This document shows positions 25,238 through 37,849 of a stretch of 64,000 nucleotides of DNA, piece by piece. The notes beneath the pieces were generated by a model, which did not search any database, was not told the origin of the DNA, and saw only the letters and a list, made by a program, of their open reading frames with translations. The translations under genes and the position numbers were made by a program. Position 1 is the stretch's first letter; the number at the start of each line of letters is the position of its first letter. Source of the DNA: Nemertoderma westbladi (Eukaryota > Animalia > Xenacoelomorpha); NCBI GenBank assembly GCA_032718475.1, contig JAUCBJ010007554.1:62001-126000 (forward strand). The letters run 5' to 3'.

Positions 25238-27302
25238 AAAGGTAATGCTAGCCAAACCTAGAGAAGAAACTGTCGATACACAAGCAGACCCATCGCCAAA
25301 GTATGTTGATGACACTAACCTACTTACTTCTGGCACAAATCCTGCAGAAATAGCTAAGTCATTAGCAAATAAGCTATCGAAAGTGTCAACATGGGCAATA
25401 AACAACCGTTTAAGCATACACCCAGAAAAGTTCGAGGTTATGCTTTTTGGAACTCATCAGCGACTTTCAGATGTTGACAACTTTAATGTAATCTACCAAG
25501 GTAAAAGTCTCCCAGCAGGAAAAACTGTTAACTTCCTTGGATGTCCTCTTGATCCATCACTGTCAGGTGAAATGGCTGCTCGTAAGGCTATTCGTAAAGG
25601 AAATGCAACACTCCGCTTCCTCTATCGGAACTCAGCATCTATCCCTCAATCGCTCCGGCGGCCTCTTGTCAATACTTTGATTCAACCTCACCTTGACTTT
25701 GCTTCCCCTTGCTGGTACATAAGTGCCCCATCGCAACTAAAAAGGCAGGCAGATGCGTTATTGCGGAAATGCATACGGTATTGTCTGTCTCGTCGACCTC
25801 GTAGCCACATCGGTATAGAGGATCTAGTTGAAATAAACTGGTTACCAATACGGGAACGTGTTCAGCAAATAATACTAACACATATGTTCCGTATTCGTAA
25901 CCACCAATCCCCAGCCTACCTGCAGGACTTGGTTACCTTCTCGGACAGCTCTGCTCGTTTACGTAGTGGGGTTTCTCAGGCTGTTGTCCCCTTCCACCGC
26001 ACAACAGTTGGTTGTGAATCTTTCGCTCATCAGGGACCAGTTCTGTGGAATGCGTTGCCATCGGACATAAAAAACGCCCCAACAATTGAGACCTTTAAAC
26101 ACAAAGTTAAATCATACTTGCTTAACAAACTGATCGAGGAGGAAAAAAATGCCTAAAGGTTATGACATAAACTCTTATGCTTTAAGATTGTTTTTAAGAT
26201 AATACCTATTTCATGTATATACAGTACGTTTTTATTTTATTTTATGTTTTTATTTTATTTATGTTCTTATTTTATTTTACGAGGATGGGATAACCGAAGG
26301 GAGGAAAACTCCTTGCTAAAAGTTATGAGTGAAACTCCTATGCCCAGAATATTTTAACTTAATGGATATTAATTAGTCATGGTTATTAGTAATATTTATA
26401 TTTATTCGCCTAATTGTGTTTTATATTATTTAGTTCTTCCTAAATTATTGCAATTCGACTTAAAATTTGCAATAATGTACATATGTAACATACTACAATA
26501 CTATATGTATCAACTTCATAGAACCATTATCGATTTTAATATTTCCTGATATAGTGAGGACCCTCATGAAAACGAGACATAGTCTCATGGGGTTATCCTC
26601 GACGGCAAATCACTGCTCAATTCTGTAATTAAGTCTTAGTATATATAATATATGCATTGTGTATTTATAATTTCTAACTTAACGCGGTAAACTTATCATA
26701 AATAACTACAGTACATAATATTTTTAGTAAGACAATTGAAATAAATACAGTTCATAAAATATAGATTTTATTGGTGTCGAACGTTTTTATAATTATTCTG
26801 TTGTTGTTTCTTTTATTTATACCTTGCACCTCGTATCCACTGTCTTCGTATGGTCCTAAATTCCTTATCATAATTACAATAATTTTTAGTAAAATTACAA
26901 TAATTTTTAGTAAAATTTCAATAATTTTTATAGTTGCTGCACTTACACCTTTCATCTCGTATCGGTCCGTATCTCGTGTTGTTGGCCCAAAATCCTGAAA
27001 TAGAAATGTCTTACCATATTTATGTTGTAAATGGTGTTTAAAATTTATTGAAGGTCATTTTATTTAGGCATGATTTAAACGGACAATAAAAATTATTGCG
27101 TTTTATTTATCTATGTTTCTTTTGTACTGTTTTCCGTTAAAATACATTTTCTAGGACATGTTGAATACCATACTGTACATTGGTTTGTTGCCTTTACCTT
27201 TTCCTTACCTGCTTACACTTCATATGTTATATTTTAATGCTATCTTTAGTGCTTGTTTTTTAACTGATTTAATGTCAAATAAAAAATTCCAATTCCAATT
27301 CC
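25238..27302 (+). mobile_element. 5'-truncated L2-like LINE inserted in the CR1-like LINE
   Basis: YVDD, LIQPHLDFASPCW, NWLP, WNALP motifs; stop at 26156; long AT-rich 3' UTR with a stem-loop near 26556-26600, AATAAA and (ATTCCA)n tail; AGC on both sides. Confidence 0.85.
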
Positions 27303-27679
27303 AGCGGCGCACAAATGCTCGGTTGTTTACGTAGGTGGAAATAATAATAAATTTGTTTATAATTTAAATGGTGCAGTGCTTAAATCAGATACATACTGTA
27401 AGGATCTAGGTTTAATCGTGTGTACGGACCTAAAATTTGATAAATACTGTAGGGAACAAGTTGCAAAAGCGTACAAAATACTGAACTGGATATTTCGTAG
27501 TGTACTGACAGCTAATATTAAAGCCATGCTAACGCTAACAGCATACAAGACTCTGGTACGACCGTTGCTGGAATATTGCACACCCATATGGTCCCCTTTC
27601 ACAAAAAAAGTATTGACCTTGTTGAGAAAGTACAACGGTACTTTACCAGACGATTGTACGCTCGCTGCAAACTACCGTA

Positions 27680-28674
27680 TAGTCGCGTCAATCTAGCAAA
27701 AAACCCATAAGTATTTCGCAATCAATCCGAACCACATATTTTGGATTCTATATTACCTTATTAATGACCAAAAAAAGTCTACAAAATTTTATTTTGCGGA
27801 TCATATGTTTATTCATGGAAATTCTACCTAAATTTGCATAACACAAGCCAAACAAAAGGAACAGTAGGGAAAAGTAAGTAACAAATTGGTGATGTTCCAG
27901 AATAATTTAATTAATTTCACAATAAGCTGTGATTCAATGGGAAATTAGTAATATTTACACTGGCGTGTTACACATTAATTGTTATATCTCGGAAACTAGA
28001 AGTCGCATCAAATTTTTAAATATATCAAAAACTTCACGATATATTGAGCTAACTGTTGTAAAAAAAATTATACAATTCCACTGCAAGGAAATTTCATAAT
28101 TTCCATTAATGTTAGTGAAGATTTTTCACATAATTAAATTATGATTGCTCTATTGATTTTAGGTGTAATTTATTTATTTGTTTTAGTTTGAAAGACACAA
28201 TAGTTTATCATATAACAAATACATTTTTTGGGGATAAGGGTTTTTGAGGTCGATAAATCCGATGGGCGAGGTTACATCCACCCGTTTAGTAGAGAAGTTG
28301 TGTAAATAAGCTCCCTGTATTGTACCAGCAAAATTGGTATTAAAAATGGTTAAATTATTACACAAATTTCCGTTGCTCTGGAAACTAAATTGGTAACTAT
28401 ATAGAAGTGCATACTTCTGTCAATCGATAGTCATTAGAGTAAAGTTTGTCTGTACCAAATTTGGAGAAAATCCCACCAATAGACCCCTTGTTGCTATGTA
28501 AAATCCATGTTGCTAAGGAAAGAAACAGGAAATTGAAGGTGATCCGCATAATATATTTTTATAGACTTTTTTGGGGGTATTAACAAGGCAATGTAGAATA
28601 AAAAAAAATTGGTTTGGATGAATTGCGAATTTGTTATGGGTTGACCCCCTTTTTCGGCTAGATTGACTCGCCTA
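27680..28674. mobile_element. Non-autonomous DNA transposon, TAG...CTA ends, 3-bp TSD (Academ-like)
   Basis: TIR TAGTCGCGTCAATCTAGC / GCTAGATTGACTCGCCTA, imperfect pairing extends ~125 bp; GTA duplicated at 27677-79 and 28675-77; removal restores the LINE frame. The superfamily call is inference from termini and TSD length. Confidence 0.8.
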
Positions 28675-29382
28675 GTATGTCAGTTACCTCAATCGCATAC
28701 AGTATCTATCTGTGCAACCGTTAGAGGTGCGTAGAATTATTTTCGACCTCAAAATGTTGTATCGTATAAAGCATGGTTTAGTAGATATAGATTTCAATAA
28801 GATGTTCACAAGTGCCCCAAGAGCTGGTCTACGTGGTCATAATCATAAACTGTATGTTCCCCAATGTAGACTTCAAATCTGTAAGCATTCATTTTCTCAC
28901 CGTATTGTGCCCGTATGGAACTCATTACCAGCACAAGCTGTTGATGCCAAAAGTATAAATATTTTCTCCGTGCAATTATTAAAAACGGACTTACTTACCC
29001 ACGCAAAATTCACTCGTTGATTCCAGATTTTTTTTTACTCTTTTTTATTTTTATTTCATTTTCGATCATCACCATCTTTTATATTAATCACTATGTATAC
29101 AATTATTCACACCCATAAGTGCCCTGAGCCTGGGTGGTTCTCTCCCACGACCACTTGTTTTAGCTACCAACAACTACAGTACATTACTTTTTACATGTCC
29201 GTGTTTTATTTTTATTCGTTTTGCTGTTTACCTTATGTACAAGTTACTTAACTACTGTAATGTTGTATTTGTTTGACCAATTGTCTTATTCGTGTATTAT
29301 GTATTGTACTGTGTTATGTTCTGTTTTTAACTACTTGATCCCTCCTGTAAATAAATAAATAAAAAATAAATAAATTAATCTG

Positions 29383-31033
29383 TACTGCAAAATAGTGCTC
29401 TATATACTGATATACTAATACCGGTACTGATAGCCTGAGAGAACAGCAGTAGAGAAACCGGTAGCATGGAACCTAACCTGAGAGAACAGCAGTAGAGAAA
29501 CCGGTAGCATGGAACCTAACCGCAATAATTTTTCTTGTCCGTTTAAATCCTTTTTTGTCCTTTTTTTTTACTTTTTATGTCCTCCAGAAATCTACCGTTG
29601 GCTTCGTTGCTACCGGTTTCTCTACTGCTGTTCTCTTAGACTATAAGCTGATAAGTACCGGTATTAGTATATATAACAAGTCCCTAAAAGGTGCCACCCT
29701 GCTCCATAGCGCGGGAAATTTAAATGATTGAAAGACATGTAATTTGTACTGGAAAGGGTGGCAGATCAGATCTACTACCTGTGGCGGTAAATTCAAATCT
29801 GTTTTAACATTGAATACATGAATATAGTAAGACTTAAATATAATTCATTGAATAATAATAAATTATTTCTTATCTTTGTTGTTGTTTTATCTATTCTGGG
29901 ACTTCGAGCAGCACGTGAACAACTAAGCTGACTGGTTAACTAGTCTGGTACTTCGAGCAGCACGTGAACAACTAAACCTGACGTTAACTATAGCAGTATA
30001 GTCAGGGGCATAGAGCAGCACGTGAACAACTAAACCAGCACGTTAACTAGTTTGGGGATTCGAGCAGCACGTGAACAACTAAGCTGACTGGTTTAACTAG
30101 TCAGCTAGTCTCTGGGACTCCGAGCAAAATTGCAAATTGAGGAGGGGGGGGGGGGGGGGGGGGGGGGGTCGGGGGATTTGGCTTAATTTCTATTAGTAAA
30201 ATGTAAAGAACATTTATTATTTGCTTGTATCAGTTATACTTACATCAGAACATTATAATTATAACAATAGCAGGGAACTGATAGTAAAATATATCGCAGG
30301 TAGGCCTACTGTAATAACAATAGGTGTATAATGCTTCTGCCTATACTGCTATATCTGTCCCAGACATGTACCAGACTAGTTAACCAGTCAGCAGGTCAGC
30401 TTAGTTGTTTAGGTGCTGCTCGAAGTCCCAGACTTTTTAACCAGGCAGCTTAGTTGTACACGTGCTGCTCGAAATACCAGATTAGTTAACCAGTTAGCGT
30501 AGTTTTTCACGTGCTGCTCGAAACCCCAGACTAGTTAACATGCTCGTTTAGTTTAGTTGTTCACATGTTGCTCATCGAAGCCCCACAGCCCCAGACTAGT
30601 TAACGTGCTCGTTCAGATGTTCACGTGCTGCTCGAAGTCCCAGACTAGGTAACCAGCCAGTTTAGTTGTTCACGTCACACGTGGTGCTCGAAGCCCCATA
30701 CTACCGGTAGTTAGCGTGCTGGTTTAATTGTTCACGTGCGGCTCGAAGTCCCAGTATAGATAAATCAACAACATTAACGGATGAGTGAGTTAAACCGATA
30801 ATAAATAATTTATTCTGATTTAATGAATTACATTGGCAGATTGGTCTTACTCTATTCATGTATTCAATGTTAAAACAGATTTGAATTTACCGCCAATATA
30901 TAGGTGGCAGATCTGATCTGCCACCCTTTCCAGTACAAATAACATGTCTTTCAATCATTTGAATTTCCCGCGCTATGGAGCAGGGTGGCACCTTTTAGGG
31001 ACTTGTGTATATATAGAGCACTATTTTGCAGTA
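29383..31033. mobile_element. Foldback element with long inverted arms and internal ~40-bp CACGTG-containing subrepeats
   Basis: TACTGCAAAATAGTGCTCTATATA / TATATAGAGCACTATTTTGCAGTA; 29676-29833 is the reverse complement of 30845-31006; CGAGCAGCACGTGAACAACTAA repeats inverted in the two arms. Confidence 0.88.
29411..29671. mobile_element. MITE inserted at a TATA run in the left arm of the foldback element
   Basis: TATACTAATACCGGTACT...GAGAACAGCAGTAGAGAAACCGGTAGCA is inverted at 29608-29671; absent from the right arm; internal ~43-bp tandem duplication. Confidence 0.8.
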
Positions 31034-31245
31034 TTGCATTGTATGTATGGGTATAAAGCATATGCCTTAGAAATAATTATACTTTCTGACTGTATTATCA
31101 TGGCCTACTATATATACGGCCTAACAAGCTACTGCGGCCTCTTAAAAAAAAGAGGCCATTCATTTCAACAGTACAGTACAGTACAGTGTACAGCAGTGGC
31201 CTATTGAGGTGGCAGTCTGTACTGCAGTTTGCAGTTGGCTTACAC

Positions 31246-33934
31246 CAAGGACTACTATACTACAGGACTGGCACACTGCCTGATCCGACTTCGTAGCGAA
31301 GTCCATTAATTTCATACTGCTGTAACTGTGTAAGCTGTACTACCTGAATAGCCTACTACTGTACTACCGTAGAATGATTAGTTATAGCTGTATTATAGTC
31401 CTAGGCTACCGCTACCTTTGGTATATGGGAATAGTACAGTTAGAAAGTCAGATAGTCTAGTTACAGTACATTCAACTGGACGGCTGTATGGCCCTACCCT
31501 GGTACAGTGGTAGCCCGTACTCGTATGATGCTACCGGTACGGTACCGCGACCGTTCCGGTACAGGTAGGCCTAGGTGGTACCATTTGGTAGTAATTAAAT
31601 CAATTAGGCCTACTATAGGTAGGTATTTAAGGTGCCGTATTACAACATTAGGCTAAACTACCAACAGAACAAGTTACTTATTATTATTATGCCTAATTAT
31701 TGTTGCGTATTTGGCTGCGACGGCAATTACGCAGGAAATCCCGTTCGTGTAGTGAAACTTCCTCCTGTCGATGCCGAACGAGATCAGTGGATCGCCGCGC
31801 TACCACGATCACTGACGATGCAGTGCAGATGACGGCTCTCTGTTTAAGTATGGAAGCACTGCCGTCATTTGTATTCAACAGTGGCCAGAGTTTTCCAAGG
31901 GAATTCCGCACACGAAAGTCCCTGGCGGATCCTTGCGACCAACAATATTCCGTTATACTTCCCTGGACTTCCCTTATCGTGAGTTCCGCCGCGACCCCCC
32001 ACTCCACGAGACATCCCTCCCATTGAGGAACGCCAACTTCAGTTACTCAATGAGTGCATGGAGTGAGATTTAATTGGGGGCTTGTTGCAGCTGACTGAAC
32101 CTGCCTGCCTGTTGTTTCTACGTAGCTAAAGGGAATTGCAGGATACGGTCGCGTACTGACATTTTTGTGAAACTATCGCAATTCCAAGTATTGCTCTTCT
32201 TTTTCCATAACGAAGTATACAGTATATTGGACAGGTTTCACTTTCATCAAAGAGTCAACTTTCCTCGGACATGTTTGTATCAGCCGATCGGCGGTTGATC
32301 AGCTGGGTTGCAGCTTGGGGTTTTCGCATTGCCTCGCTCGTAATAGCCAACTAATACGTTGGTCTCAGTTGGAAGAAGTCATTGCAGTCGTGAAACGTAA
32401 TGTTGGTACTACGACATCGCTACTTACGAAAGCTAAGGAGTACGTTAATGCCGCGATTGATCTTGAGTCATCCAAATATAAGTCTCAGCTTGAGTTTATA
32501 CTTTAGACTTTGTTCTATTAGACGATATCCCATCCACTTTGAAAGCACCTGAACATCCGAAAGTATGTCCTAATAACAACGGAAATGCTGAGAAAAATTG
32601 AACAGATAGTGGATATTGAAGTCAGTTATGATGAGTTTCAGGCAGCTGGATACGTCGCAGGATTCCTGGTAAAGGTAATCCCAGAGTTAGACATCACAGG
32701 TGATATTTAAGAGGAGGATAATATATTTACCCAAGCCCTAACTCGTGGTGGATTACAACTTACTCCGCATCACCTGGTATGGTGGACCAGGACCATGGCG
32801 TCTGCTGCATGGGTGGATGCTGTACATGATGGAACTATACCTATACAGCTATACGGTACTACAAATAACTAACTCAAGTAATACACATTATTGCGGTCTA
32901 TTACGGTATATCCCAACTGCCACCAATAGCTGCTTGCTGTACCCTAGCAAACACCCTTCTTAATGGAGTACAAAAGCGATCTATGGAAAGGCAGAAACGG
33001 CGCGACTCACATTCTGGTGATAAGGCAGCACAAACTAAATTCCTCCGAATAACGGGAAGGGGACAAAATAAGGGGGGGGAAACTGGACGCAATAAAAATT
33101 CATCCCTCTCCAGGGGAAATTCGACGCAAATAACAGCTGATTACTCTCAAAAATAAAACTGTAACCTGTTATATTATGTTTAGTTTATTGTTTTGTTTAA
33201 AATAACGTGCCACTGTAACCTGCTCCTTTCCCTAAATTGAGAATTTAACATTGAGGCGGGATATTGATTCGCCTAGTTTCCCCAGGGGTGGAGAATATTG
33301 GGTCGGCAATCGTAATAAATAATAAAGTAATAACATAAAGTACCTACTAGTAATATAAAGTAATAACCTAATAATAATATAAAGTACCTAATAATAATAT
33401 AAAGTACCTAATAATAATAGCCCTATAAAGTAATAATATCAGGGTGGCGGTTGGGAGTGGGGGAGGGAGGGGGGGGGGGGGGGGGGGGTGGTGGTGGGAA
33501 CCTGGCTTGAGAACTGCTAGGATAGTAAATGACCAGAGATAAAGAATATATAGAGAGGTCCATGTATGTATATTGTATAGACAATTTACCGCTAGTTGAA
33601 TCCGTTATCATCTGTGTCATGACATTACCCTGGGATAGGGATGCTGTTCGTATCGTTTTTATGTCGCACAATGTACTAAACACGGTCGTTCAAGACTATA
33701 AAGAATAGTTGGTACACTACACTCGTCTCCTTTGTTACAAGCCTCGCTGTGCTCGTCCTTTATTTCTTGACACCAAAATATATTATGTTATTAATAATTA
33801 CGATTGTGTACTAAATTTCATGAAAATCCTTTGATAACAATGTCTATAACAATATAAAGCAATACCAAACCAATGGACTTCGCTAGCGAAGTCGGATGAA
33901 GGGGTGTGCCAGTCCTGTAGTATAGTAGTCCTTG
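31246..33934 (+). mobile_element. Second, internally deleted P element nested in the 5' region of the outer P element
   Basis: TIR CAAGGACTACTATACTACAGGACTGGCACAC at both ends; perfect 8-bp TSD GCTTACAC (31238-45, 33935-42). Confidence 0.93.
31689..33050 (+). pseudogene. Decayed THAP/P transposase remnant (THAP start and C-terminus; catalytic core not seen)
   Basis: MPNYCCVFGC...KLP...WIAALPR at 31689; YVAGFLVK...LTRGGL near 32650-32760 parallels YIAGFIIR...INRGGL in the outer transposase; many stops and frameshifts. Confidence 0.75.
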
Positions 33935-34290
33935 GCTTACACTGATCTGTTCGTACATAACACAGTCTGACAGTACAGTCGTGATACTGTGGTAGGCTGG
34001 TAGGTATACCTGTATACAGGTATGGTATATAGATAGCTGGGTAGATTGTTACTGTGTTATAGGCCTACTACTGCAGCTGCTACGCTACAGTGCTATGCCT
34101 TGTCGGACTGCCGGGCCGGATGCATATGCTTAATGCTGAACTATGAACTAGTATCGTTACTGTACGCGTACGGCAACCGTAATGTACCCATAAACCTTTT
34201 GAGTGTGTTCTAAATGCTGAACTGGGCCTATCTGCCTATAGGTAAGACTGTCTTGTATCAGTTATACTGTTATATATCAGATATCAGGAT

Positions 34291-36959
34291 ATGGTGAATA
34301 AATGTTGCGTCGTTAATTGCAAGAGTGGATATAGTGGGCATACCGACAAAACGAAATTCAAGTTCCCTGCAGAAAAGAAACCTGAACTTCGGAAGACCTG
34401 GGTTCGGTTTATAAATCGTAAGGATTTTGAACCATCTGAATATTCGAGAGTCTGTATAGACCACTTTGAGGAACGTTATTTAAAGACTACGGAAGCTGGC
34501 CATGTCACGCTCCGCTGGGATCTGTTTCCAATTCCGACCATCGCTGCCCAGGGTACACCTAAATCAGCTATTCCCGAACCTAGGAGTATACGACGGGAAC
34601 CAACTCAGCGCATTTATCAGAATGATGAAATGGAGGAATTTCGCAAACTGGATACAATTTCCTCGATCACAGAGATTTCAGCTAAACATTGCCCTAGCGG
34701 TTGGTTGTTTCGTAAAACCGAAGAAGATGTTTTATTTTATCACCTTTCACTAGAGGAAAGAATGCCGAGATTGAAGGGAGCAATCAGGATAGACAAGAAT
34801 ATGCATGTTTTATTGGAGTTAATGCAGCGCCGAGTTAATCCAATCACTGCATAGTAAAAAGCGCGTCACAAATAGATGGTTTTGTTACTTATCTTAAGAA
34901 TCTAGAGAACTGTGATTCATCGATTTTCGAGGAGTTGCTTCATTATCAGCATTATCCGAAACAGTCGAGGCCCCCGTACTCGCAATCAGTTATTCGGTAC
35001 GCATTGATGTTACGATATACGTCACTTCAATCCTATAGACTACTGCAGAGAGAAATACAACTACCATCATTAAGTTTGTTGGCAAAGCTTCAGGTTGGTG
35101 GAATTGATTCAGTCAAAGCATTGAAAGTATTGGTGGATAAGAACGGTGATAGGGACATTATACTTACGATTGACGAAATGAAGTTGCAACCTGAGGCTAG
35201 TTACAATCATGGCGATTTCGTTGGTGTTAATGACGAAGGTACCTTATACACTGGGATTTTATGTTTCATGGTTGTGAGTCTAAAGAGGGGCATACAGTAT
35301 GTTGTTCGTGGCGTCCCAGTAGTTAATTTAATAGCTTCTTCTCTCTTAAAGGAAACTTTATCTGTGATGAATGATATATTCCAGATCGTTAAAGTTCGCG
35401 CTATAGGGGTGGATAATTGCCCTGTGAATGTATCTATGTTTAGTCTACTATACAAACTGTGCTTACCATTGAATGTCTCTGGCGAATTCAGTAAACGGGT
35501 TTCATCGTACAATGGTCGATCAGTGCAGAATACTCGATTACGACTTATTAAGAAGTACAAGAATACCGTTACAAAGAATAAGCAGAAAATTGATACGAAA
35601 CTTAACCGCGTGATTTACTATCGGGGATCATAGATTTATCTTTTATATGATCCAGTTCACATTATTAAAAATATTCGCAATAGTTTATTGAATGGAAAGA
35701 TATTTAAATTTCCAGAATTCACATTTACTGGGTTCAAAGATAGAGTTCACCTACCTGCAGGTGAGTGTAGGTGGAAAGACCTATTAGACTTGTATGATGT
35801 TGATCAACATGATGCTTATCTCCGGATGGCACATAGTCTAACATATCAGGTTCTTCATCCCGGTAATAATAAACAGTCTGTTTCACTGGCCTTGGGAATC
35901 TTCGACGAAAAGACAACGGCGGCAATGGCAAGATATTTCCCCAATCGAAAAGGGGCTACTGAATTTTTGCGACTCATTCATAAGTGGTGGGTGATTAATA
36001 ATTCGAACCAGCGATATCACCCAAATAATATATTGGGGAACGCCGCTATAATGGGCGACTTCAAACCACAGTTTCTCCATGATTTGGCTGCATGGATCGA
36101 TAAATGGCGATTACAATGTGTAAAGTGGAAGGGTTGTGGGTTGACACCTCAAACCAGTAAAGCATTCGCACAATCTTGCCGGAGCGTTGCCGACTTGACT
36201 GATGACCTCCTAAATGATGGATATGATTATGTTCTACTTCGAAGAAACAATCAAGACCCAGTCGAGTTAAGGTTCTCCAAATATCGGCAAATGAGTGGTG
36301 GACGATTTCTCGTCTCACTCAGGGAAGTGAAGACTTCCGAACGTATTATTTCACTGTTGACATTATTAGAGGAAGGTATAGATCCCATCAACCAAATTCT
36401 CCAGGCGGAACCCATTGACTGGTCTCCTTTAATTGTGACATTTAATGAGTATAGAGATACTATTGCCTCAGCTGAGCTTTCTAAGGAAAGTATGGAGGTA
36501 GTTCAGTATATTGCAGGATTCATTATTCGTAAACTGGAACATAAGAAAGGTGGAAAACTCATTTGTAGCTGTAAGGATTGTACAAATATCCACTCTGTAA
36601 TTGATAAAAATACATCAGATTGTAGTGGTTATTTCGAGGCTATTAATCGAGGCGGATTAAAGAAACCATCTACTGAGTTTTTAGAATCAATTGCGTCGTG
36701 TTTTGCAAGATTGGAAGTAATAGATTCAGTAATAAAAGATTGCGCTGTCCCCGTCCGTGCAGCTGCAATGCGCTTCTTAGATATATATGGCATATTGACT
36801 ATGCTATCTTTATGTTCTAAACATAAACAATTATCGAGGTTGATTCACCGCACTATTATAAACGTGTACTTTAATAATGCTCAGAGACATTTTACAAGCA
36901 TACGGCGTGAGCAAAGTGTAGCCCGATTTAAACAGTGGCAGAGGCAAAAAAATGTGTGA
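34291..36959 (+). pseudogene. THAP-domain P-element transposase (THAP9-like), near full length with two lesions
   Basis: THAP C2CH (CCVVNC...W...VCIDHF...PTI); catalytic-type motifs IDEMK, VDN, YDPVHIIKNIRN, QDPVELRFSKYRQMSGG; frame change near 34820-34840 and in-frame TAG at 35631-33. Confidence 0.9.
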
Positions 36960-37849
36960 TAATTTTAGATTGTGCTGAACTGTGTAATGTGCTATAATAA
37001 TTATTATTGACCAAATAAATAATTAACACGTAATACAAGTAATAATTAGCAACATTTATTTATTGAAACCGGTGTTTCAAATTCAAAAATACCCACACAT
37101 AAAACGAATCTCTATACATACACCGACTTATAAGAGTTTGAAAAAATCACGTAATAGCCATCAAGCGGTGGTCCATGGAACTGGTGTGTCCATATTTATG
37201 TCTGTCTTTACAGGTGTTGTCCTATTCTACTTAAACTCCATATTTTTCACGACAAGGCTTAACACTAATATGTAGTGCTTTTATGCTAAGATTGCTGTCT
37301 TTGTGGCTCGCTCCACAATCACTGATACTCATAACAGTACTTGTATGCTCAGATTGCCACCTGCATGGCTCGCACCACATCGCGGGATATGAATAATATT
37401 GTTACTGTATTCAAATAAGGACAATAATTAATAATGCTGCGAATGTAAATAATGGCCTCTTTTTTTTAAGAGGCCGCAGTAGCTTGTTAGGCCGTATATA
37501 TAGTAGGCCATGGTACAACTGTACAAGTATTGTGACTTATACATAGAATGAATCATATGCCCGCCTGGCCTAATGCAAGACTGGCGTCCAATAGAAATGT
37601 TGCAAATGGCACCTTTTTAAATATATTTTTGGTGGGTTGTTTAAATAATACTTTCCTAATGTTATTTGTAGGTATCGTTGCACAAATTTTAGGTATATTA
37701 TACAGTAGATTTTAGATTTCTTACGACAATATGACTGACCATAATATATTATAAAATATCAAAATTTTCTTGGTGCGTACCTAAAGATAACTAAGCTAAT
37801 CTAATGCCTTTCGATAAGAATATTACAATGGCGTGTACTCTCGCCAACA

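Larger units (their letters stand above)
24760..29375 (+). mobile_element. 5'-truncated CR1-like LINE split into three pieces (24760-25237, 27303-27679, 28675-29375)
   Basis: RT motifs IDFAKAFDSV, QGSVLGP, FADD; rejoining restores WQLTVA-AHKC and KLPY-VSYLNR; YKTLVRPLLEY, RGHNHKL, WNSLP; (TAAA)n tail; one frameshift near 27605. Confidence 0.9.
31099..37512 (+). mobile_element. P-superfamily DNA transposon (outer), ~62-bp TIRs
   Basis: CATGGCCTACTATATATACGGCCTAACAAGCTACTGCGGCCTCTTAAAAAAAAGAGGCCATT and its reverse complement ending at 37512; encloses a THAP transposase; no matching TSD seen. Confidence 0.92.
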
